Source: Candidatus Brocadiia bacterium (GTDB lineage Bacteria; Planctomycetota; Brocadiia; CAIUPP01). From it: a DNA stretch of 64,000 bases. Made by a program: the position numbers and the translations under genes. Positions 57,858 to 64,000 of this stretch are shown here, piece by piece. The notes under the pieces are model-generated. The model was not told the origin of the DNA. It saw only the letters and a list, made by a program, of their open reading frames with translations, and did no database searches. The first letter of the stretch is position 1. Each line of letters starts with the position of its first letter. The stretch lies in contig JBEKCB010000006.1 of NCBI GenBank assembly GCA_050015075.1, positions 32,001 through 96,000 of the forward strand, read 5' to 3'.

Positions 57858-58328
57858 TCAGGTTCGTGCGCTCTTTGGCGCCGCGCGCTCCTGCCGTTCG
57901 TATTCCATGATCTTGCCCACCCGCCGCTCGTGCCGTCCGGCCTCCGCCGGAGTGGTGAGCCATATCTTAAGAATCGGGTCCAGCAGCGGCCCCTGCACCG
58001 TGTCCTCGCCGAGGCAAAGGACGTTGGTGTCGTTGTGCGAGCGGCTCACGCGCGCCGTCCGTTCGTCATAGACGACGCCGGCGCGGATTCCCTGGACTTT
58101 GTTCGCGGCGATGGACATGCCGATGCCCGTGCCGCAAACCAGCACGCCGCGATCCGCCTCGCCGCGGCTCACGGCCTCGGCCACGCGAAAGGCGAAGTCC
58201 GGATAATCCGACGACTCATCGGTCGTCGCGCCCATCGCCACGAACTCGTGCCCGAGCCGCCGTACCGCCTGCTCCAGTCTCTCGCGGAAAATCCGGCCTC
58301 GGTGGTCCCATCCTGCCGCAATCTTCAT
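57858..58328 (-). CDS. rpiB: Ribose 5-phosphate isomerase B
   Basis: DHRG, DYPD, CGTGIGMSIAANKV, HNDTNVLCLG, GRHERRV. Confidence 0.95.
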   Translation of the reverse strand: MKIAAGWDHRGRIFRERLEQAVRRLGHEFVAMGATTDESSDYPDFAFRVAEAVSRGEADRGVLVCGTGIGMSIAANKVQGIRAGVVYDERTARVSRSHNDTNVLCLGEDTVQGPLLDPILKIWLTTPAEAGRHERRVGKIMEYERQERAAPKSART

Positions 58329-58981
58329 TCGCGCGCCTTTCTTCGATGGCCCGGCGCCAGCAGGCGCAGTATCGCGGCGCGCTTGATCGCGCCTTCGCGC
58401 AGAATGCTCCAGTTCTCGCCGTCGCACTTGACGACGGTGGACGGCTTCCGCCGTTGCGCGGCGCCGCCGTCGAGCAGCACGTCCACGCGGCCGCCCAGGG
58501 CTGAAACGACCTGCGCCGCGGTGAAGGCGTCTTTCTCACCGGAAAGGTTCGCGCTCGTCGCGACGAGCGACCCGCCGCATTGCCGGAGCAGCGCGGCCGC
58601 GACCGGGTGATCGGGCACGCGCAGACCCACCCACCGTCCGTTTCTGCCTTTGACCACAAGCGTGAGAGGCCCCGGCCAGAACGCGCGCGCCAGTTTCCGC
58701 GCGCAGGCCGGCAACCGGCCGCACATCCGCAGCGCCGCATGCCGGCTGCTCACGAGCACCTGGAACGGTTTTTTCCCCTCGCGCCCCTTGATTCGCACCA
58801 GCCGCGCGCGCGCCGCGCGGTCGCCCGTGCGCGCCGCAAGGCCGTAAACCGTCTCGGTCGGAAGCGCCACAACGCCGCCCTCTCGAACGGCGGCCGCCGC
58901 GCGCGCGATGGCCTTCGGCGCCGATGCGTCAAGAACCAGCGGCCGGTCCTCTCGCCGCGGCGGACATTGCCTGCGCGCCAT
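58325..58981 (-). CDS. tsaC: L-threonylcarbamoyladenylate synthase (TsaC/Sua5)
   Basis: PTETVYGL, IKGR, FWPGPLTLV, LRVPDHP, TSANLSG, PSTVV. Confidence 0.93.
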   Translation of the reverse strand: MARRQCPPRREDRPLVLDASAPKAIARAAAAVREGGVVALPTETVYGLAARTGDRAARARLVRIKGREGKKPFQVLVSSRHAALRMCGRLPACARKLARAFWPGPLTLVVKGRNGRWVGLRVPDHPVAAALLRQCGGSLVATSANLSGEKDAFTAAQVVSALGGRVDVLLDGGAAQRRKPSTVVKCDGENWSILREGAIKRAAILRLLAPGHRRKARE

Positions 58982-59040
58982 GGCCACGGTTTCCCAAAAA
59001 CCTCCGGAGGAGACCGGCCGGAACGGGATTATATCAATGC

Positions 59041-59553
59041 TCAACTATACTTCTCGAAGCAGACACATTCCTCGATCGAGTTCCGCGGCCTGGCGACCGG
59101 CTTTTCCGAGGCGTAGCCCATCGGCAGGAGCGCCACCACGCGCACGGTGTCCGGGATTCCGAGGAGTTTCCTCGTCTCCGGCTCCGAGAAGGCGCAGACC
59201 CAGCACGTGCCGAGGCCTTCCTCGACCGCCTGCAACGTCATGTGGTCCAGGGCGATGCTCACGTCAATCGGGCAGGAAAGCTGCCCGCAGCTCATGAGGT
59301 AGTCCGCGACCGTGCCGCAGGCCACGATCACCACCGGCGCCTGGCCGACGAAGGTCTGGTTCTTCGCGGCCTTCATCAGTTTCTCGCGCGTGGCCTTGTC
59401 CCGGACGACGACGAACTTCCGGTCCTGCATATTGCGCGCGCTGGGCGACAACCGGCCCGCTTCAAGGACTCTCTGGAGCTTCTCCTCTTCGACCGCCTTG
59501 CTCTTGAAAGCCCGAATGCTGCGACGCGCCGCAATCGCTTCCGCGACGTTCAT
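59041..59553 (-). CDS. Nitroreductase family protein
   Basis: RRSIR, SPSARNMQ, GLGTCWV, MGY. Confidence 0.92.
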   Translation of the reverse strand: MNVAEAIAARRSIRAFKSKAVEEEKLQRVLEAGRLSPSARNMQDRKFVVVRDKATREKLMKAAKNQTFVGQAPVVIVACGTVADYLMSCGQLSCPIDVSIALDHMTLQAVEEGLGTCWVCAFSEPETRKLLGIPDTVRVVALLPMGYASEKPVARPRNSIEECVCFEKYS

Positions 59554-59697
59554 CCGTTTGCCCTCCTGTGAAAGAGCCGACACCCTGCTTCCGACCGCCA
59601 GTATGTTACCAGCGGTCGGCGCGACGCGCAACGTTGTCTGACCGCGCCGTTTTTGATATAGTCCACCGAACGCGAATTGTCAGGAGGAATCCGCCGC

Positions 59698-60714
59698 ATG
59701 GTGCGCGTGGGAATTCTGGGACCGACCGGCTACACCGGGCTGGAGCTGCTCCGCCTGCTGCTGCGTCATCCGGACGCGGAGATCGTCTATCTCGGCACGC
59801 GCCGCGACGAGCGGCCGCCCATCTCCGAGATCTGGCCGATCCTCCGCGGGCGGCTGGACATGCGCTGCTCCCTGCTCGAGAAGGACCCGGTCCCGAAAAT
59901 GGACCTGGCGTTTCTCGCGCTGCCGCACACGCTGGCGATGGACTACGCCCCCGCGCTGCTCAAGAGCGGCGTCCGCGTGGTGGACATCAGCGCGGACTAT
60001 CGCCTCAAGGACCCGGCCGCCTTCAAGAAATGGTACAAGGTCGAGCACAAGGACCCCGCGAATCTGAAGCACGCCGTGTACGGCTTGAGCGAGCTGTTCC
60101 GGGACGAGATCAAGCCGGCCCGGCTCATCGCGAACCCCGGCTGCTACGCCACGGCGATCCAACTGGCGCTGGCGCCGCTGCTGATGAGCCACCTGGCCGC
60201 CCCGGACGCGCCCATCATCGCGGACGCCAAGTCCGGCGTCAGCGGCGCCGGGCGCGACCCGCGGCCCGACCTCCATTTTCCCGAGGCGAACGAGAGCGTC
60301 AGCGCGTACAAGGTCGGCATCCACCAGCATACCGGCGAAATCGTCCAGGGCATGCGGCGGATCGGCGGGCGCGACGTGGAACTGCTGTTCGTCCCGCACC
60401 TGATTCCCATGGACCGCGGCATACTGGCCACCTGCTACGTGCCGCTCTCCGCGCCGGCGACGACGCAGGAGCTGAAGGACCTCTATGCCCGGACGTACAA
60501 GTCCGAGCCGTTCGTCCGCGTCCGGATGGATGACGCGACGCCGACGACGAAGCACGTCTGCGACACGAATTTCTGCGACATGGCCGTGCGCGGGATCGGC
60601 AAGACGGCGGTCGTGATCTCGTGCATAGACAATTTGGTCAAGGGCGCGGCCGGCCAGGCCGTTCAGAACATGAACATTATGCTGGACCTTCCCGAGACGG
60701 CGGGGTTGTTCTGA
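59698..60714 (+). CDS. argC: N-acetyl-gamma-glutamyl-phosphate reductase
   Basis: GPTGYTG, ANPGCY, SGVSGAGR, DNLVKGAAGQAVQN. Confidence 0.97.
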   Translation: MVRVGILGPTGYTGLELLRLLLRHPDAEIVYLGTRRDERPPISEIWPILRGRLDMRCSLLEKDPVPKMDLAFLALPHTLAMDYAPALLKSGVRVVDISADYRLKDPAAFKKWYKVEHKDPANLKHAVYGLSELFRDEIKPARLIANPGCYATAIQLALAPLLMSHLAAPDAPIIADAKSGVSGAGRDPRPDLHFPEANESVSAYKVGIHQHTGEIVQGMRRIGGRDVELLFVPHLIPMDRGILATCYVPLSAPATTQELKDLYARTYKSEPFVRVRMDDATPTTKHVCDTNFCDMAVRGIGKTAVVISCIDNLVKGAAGQAVQNMNIMLDLPETAGLF

Positions 60715-60716
60715 CC

Positions 60717-61952
60717 ATGAAACGCAACGGCATCCGACGAATCCCCGGCGGCGTCATCGCGGCGAAAGGCTTCCGCTGCGCCGGCGTCCGCTGCGGCATC
60801 AAGACGCGCGCGGGCGTGCCGGACCTTGGCCTGATCCTGAGCGACCGCCCGGCGGCCGCCGCGGCGGTCTTTACGACCAACCGCGTGCAGGCGGCGCCGG
60901 TCCTGTTCGACCGGGAACTCCTGAAACACGGCCCGGTCCGCGGCGTGGTCGTAAATGCCGGGAACGCCAACGCCTGCACCGGCTCGAAAGGCCTCCGCGA
61001 CGCGCGCCGCATGTCGGAGCTGGCCGCCGAATGCGTCCCGCTCCCGCGCGGGAGCGGGGGCCGCTTCCTCGTCGCCAGCACCGGTATCATCGGCGTGCCG
61101 CTCCCGCTCGCCAAGGTCGAATCGGGCATCCGCGACGCCGCGGCGCGCCTCGGCCGGACTCCGGCGCATGCCGACGCCATCGCGCGCGCGATCATGACCA
61201 CCGACCTTGTGCCCAAAGCGGCCGCGGTCGAGGTGCGCGTCGGCGGCAAGCCCGTCCGCATCGGCGGCATCGCCAAAGGCTCCGGGATGCTCGCCCCGAA
61301 CATGGCCACGATGCTCTGCTTCATCACCACCGACTGCGCCATCCGAGCGCCCCTGCTGCGCCGCGCGCTGCGGGAGACGGTCGGAAAAACTTTCAACAGC
61401 ATCACCGTGGACGGCGATTGCAGCACCAACGACACGGTCGCGCTCCTCGCGAGCGCTGCGGCCGGCAATCCGCCGATCGAGCGGCCCGGGCCCGGTTTCC
61501 GCGCTTTTCGGGACGGGCTGCTGGCGGTGGCCGAGGAATTGTCGCAGGCGCTGGTGCGCGACGGCGAAGGCGCATCGCGCTTCGTGGAGATCAGCGTCAC
61601 CGGCGCGCGCTCGGAACCCGAGGCGGCGCGCGTCGCGCGCAGCATCGCCACCAGCCCGCTGGTCAAATGCGCCATCAACGGCGGAGACCCGAACTGGGGA
61701 CGGATCATCTGCGCGGCCGGCTATTCCGGCGCCGCCGTCGAGCCGGAACGGATGCGCCTGTGGATCAACGGGCAGATGCTGTTCCGCAGCGGCATGCCGG
61801 CGGTCGTCGCTCGGGAGAAACTCGTCGCCTGCATGAAGCCGAAGGAAATCGCCATACGCCTCGACCTCGGCCGCGGCCGGCGCCGCGCGCGGGTCTGGAC
61901 GTGCGATCTTTCGAAAGAATACGTCTCCATCAACGCGGATTACCATACCTGA
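60717..61952 (+). CDS. argJ: Ornithine acetyltransferase / amino-acid acetyltransferase
   Basis: GNANACTG, STGIIG, KGSGMLAPNMATML, STND, DGEGA, DPNWGR. Confidence 0.97.
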   Translation: MKRNGIRRIPGGVIAAKGFRCAGVRCGIKTRAGVPDLGLILSDRPAAAAAVFTTNRVQAAPVLFDRELLKHGPVRGVVVNAGNANACTGSKGLRDARRMSELAAECVPLPRGSGGRFLVASTGIIGVPLPLAKVESGIRDAAARLGRTPAHADAIARAIMTTDLVPKAAAVEVRVGGKPVRIGGIAKGSGMLAPNMATMLCFITTDCAIRAPLLRRALRETVGKTFNSITVDGDCSTNDTVALLASAAAGNPPIERPGPGFRAFRDGLLAVAEELSQALVRDGEGASRFVEISVTGARSEPEAARVARSIATSPLVKCAINGGDPNWGRIICAAGYSGAAVEPERMRLWINGQMLFRSGMPAVVAREKLVACMKPKEIAIRLDLGRGRRRARVWTCDLSKEYVSINADYHT

Positions 61953-62362
61953 TGAAGCCCCTGAACAGCCTGACCAAACGCGACCTGGTCGCCGCGAAGA
62001 AGTTCAACCCGGATGACCTCCGGGCGTACGCGGAGCAGTTCTTCTCCGAGGATCGGTTCGGCGACGCCTTCGAGTTCTATCGCAAGCTCGACGACGAGGA
62101 GGGAATCCTCAAGATCAAGAAGGTGGCGATGGAACTGGGCGATCCGGAACTGCTCTGGCGGGTTGAGCATTACAGGCCGGAGCGCGTGGCGCGCGAGGAC
62201 TGGCTGCGCTGCGGCGAGCAGGCGATGAGCCTGGGCAAGCATCGCTCGGCGGCGTACGTCTTCCGGCGCATCGGAGAAACCGGCCGGCTCGCCGAAGCGG
62301 AAAAGGAGTTCAAGCCGGCCGCAGAAGCGCCTCGACCTCCCGAAGGACCTCCGCCGGCCTGA
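61952..62362 (+). CDS. Hypothetical alpha-helical protein
   Basis: TGATG coupling to argJ; G/C-ending codon bias consistent with a real gene. Confidence 0.7.
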   Translation: MKPLNSLTKRDLVAAKKFNPDDLRAYAEQFFSEDRFGDAFEFYRKLDDEEGILKIKKVAMELGDPELLWRVEHYRPERVAREDWLRCGEQAMSLGKHRSAAYVFRRIGETGRLAEAEKEFKPAAEAPRPPEGPPPA

Positions 62363-63263
62363 GCGTTGTTAGATCGGCGCCCGGCGGCGCGGGCTGAAGC
62401 ACCTTCACCCGCGGCGCGCGCGGCTGCCAGACGGCGGGGTTCGTCCGGCCGAAAATCGCCAGCGTCGGCGTGCGCACCGCCGCGGCCATGTGCGTGATCC
62501 CCGAGTCGTTCCCGATGAACCCCTCGCATCGCTCCAGCGTCGCGGCCAGGCACGGCAGCGGCTCGTTCGATAGAAAGAAAACGCGGTCCTCGCCGAGGCT
62601 GCGCCGCAACTCTCCGGCCATTTTTTCCTCGGCCGGCCCGCTGACGATCAGCGCGTGGCCTCTTCGCTTTGCCCAGTGGCGGGCGACCGCGGCATAATGC
62701 TCCGCCGGCCAGTTCTTTCCCGGCGACCCGCTGCCGGGACTGAGCGCTAGGAGCGGGCGGTCGCCGGCGCCGGTGACGCGCATGTAGCGCTCGGCCCAGA
62801 TGCGGTCGCGCTCGGACGGATAGAGGTGCGGCTCGCGGTGTCGAATCTCAAGGCCCGCCTTTTCGCACTGCCGCGCGATGTGATCCACGACATGCACACC
62901 CTTGCCCTCGACCGGCGTCGGGTCCACGGAGACGACGTTCGGCGAACCGGCGCGGCGGAGGTTCTCGCCGATGACGCCGTCGGCGTCCGGCCAGATGCAG
63001 TACGTCTCGTCGAAGCCGGAGAGGTAACGGCGTTCCGCGTCGCCGAGCCGGCCGCCGGGTGAGAAGAGCGCGGCCCACTCCGCTCCGTCCACGCGCCGGA
63101 GATGCGCCGCATGACGCCGCCCGACCGCAAGCTCGGCGATCCCGGCGTAGCCGAGAACGTCCACCTCGGCGTCCGGGTTGCTCATTTTCAGCGCTTCGAA
63201 GACCGGCAGCGTGAAGATGAAATCGCCGATGGCGCCGCCGCGGATAACCAGGATTCGTTTCAT
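62310..63263 (-). CDS. Glycosyltransferase family 9 (heptosyltransferase-like)
   Basis: IRGGAIGDF, PGSG..KNWP, GNDSGITHMAAA, IFGRTNP. Confidence 0.92.
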   Translation of the reverse strand: MKRILVIRGGAIGDFIFTLPVFEALKMSNPDAEVDVLGYAGIAELAVGRRHAAHLRRVDGAEWAALFSPGGRLGDAERRYLSGFDETYCIWPDADGVIGENLRRAGSPNVVSVDPTPVEGKGVHVVDHIARQCEKAGLEIRHREPHLYPSERDRIWAERYMRVTGAGDRPLLALSPGSGSPGKNWPAEHYAAVARHWAKRRGHALIVSGPAEEKMAGELRRSLGEDRVFFLSNEPLPCLAATLERCEGFIGNDSGITHMAAAVRTPTLAIFGRTNPAVWQPRAPRVKVLQPAPPGADLTTLRPAEVLREVEALLRPA

Positions 63264-63329
63264 TCGGCTCACTCCTTCGGCGCCTATTTCACGCAATCCG
63301 CCGCCGGCTGTCAAGCGACCGGTTTTTTC

Positions 63330-63358
63330 TTGACTCGGTGCGGGCGCGGTAATAGAAT
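63330..63358 (+). promoter_or_regulatory. sigma70 promoter
   Basis: TTGACT-N17-TAGAAT. Confidence 0.8.
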
Positions 63359-63397
63359 GAAGCGGTCGGAGCGAGTCGGGTAATCAATTGGGACTTG

Positions 63398-63557
63398 AAG
63401 AACCCGCTGCCCCGTGCGACTCGGAAGAAAACCACGAACCAGATTCTACGTCCTGGGGGCCGAGTCGGCCGCGAGACTCTTGAGCGGCCGCAGGTTTCCA
63501 CCTTTAGAAAAGGGTTTACGGGGCGCTTCCGTCGGCGGGGTGGGGGTTCTTTTTTTG
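63398..63557 (+). ncRNA. ssrS: Probable 6S RNA
   Basis: Terminal pairing AAGAACCC/GGGTTCTT and GCCCCGT/ACGGGGC; GAACC...CTGGGGG...CCACCT...GGGTTT motif order; own promoter; T-tract at the 3' end. Confidence 0.6.
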
Positions 63558-63603
63558 TCGTTTTCGATCCCGAGCGGGCCTCCGTGTTGAGACAGGCGAA
63601 CCG

Positions 63604-64000
63604 ATGACGCTTTTCGAGGACGAGCCCTCATCGCTGGAAATCCCGCCGACGGCGCCGCTGGCGCTGCGCATGCGGCCGCGGACGCTCGATGAGTTCGTCG
63701 GCCAGCAGCATTTCTTCGGCCCGGGCAAGCTCCTGCGGCGGATGCTCGAGGCCGACCGGCTGATGAGCCTGATTTTTTATGGCCCGTCGGGCACCGGGAA
63801 GAGCGCGCTGGCGCACCTGGTCGCGCGCGCGACGCAGGCGCATTGGGAATCGGTCAACGCAGCGACCAGCAACGTGCACGAGGTGCGCGAGGTCATCGCC
63901 GGGGCGCAGCGCCGCATCGCCGGGCGCGGGCGGCGGACGGTGCTCTTCGTGGACGAACTCCACCGCTTCAACCGCGCCCAGCAGGACGTGCTCCTGGCGG
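63604..64000 (+). CDS. rarA: Replication-associated recombination protein A (partial; runs off the window)
   Basis: Hand translation: PLALRMRPRTLDEFVGQQH...IFYGPSGTGKS...LFVDELHRFNRAQQDVLL. Confidence 0.95.
   Translation, partial: MTLFEDEPSSLEIPPTAPLALRMRPRTLDEFVGQQHFFGPGKLLRRMLEADRLMSLIFYGPSGTGKSALAHLVARATQAHWESVNAATSNVHEVREVIAGAQRRIAGRGRRTVLFVDELHRFNRAQQDVLLA

Overview
High-GC bacterial chromosome segment. It is most likely from a planctomycete (inferred from the pilin-like H-X9-DG protein, the PEP-CTERM protein, zinc-ribbon membrane proteins and the REP families). The housekeeping backbone comprises uvrA, ribF, tilS, argG, cinA, argC, argJ, rpiB, tsaC and rarA. Accessory content includes: (i) a cobalamin-riboswitch-controlled operon that begins with a prepilin-type H-X9-DG protein, followed by cobC-cobU-cobT-cobS-btuF-btuC-btuD, with no btuB; (ii) a small defence island in which a helicase-less Type ISP/IIG-like restriction-modification enzyme is translationally coupled to a protein with an unknown N-terminal domain and a C-terminal TIR domain, beside two orphan antitoxins; (iii) a radical SAM protein with the architecture of the tetraether lipid synthase (Tes/GDGT-MAS, MJ0619) family; (iv) secreted glycoside-hydrolase-like and beta-helix proteins. 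Non-coding features are a canonical parS site, a probable 6S RNA, sigma70 and sigma54 promoters, a MITE, and several REP families, one of which appears to sit in frame inside tilS and a nucleoside hydrolase. No tRNA, rRNA, CRISPR array, integrase or transposase was seen. All calls come from reading motifs by eye; no database searches were run.
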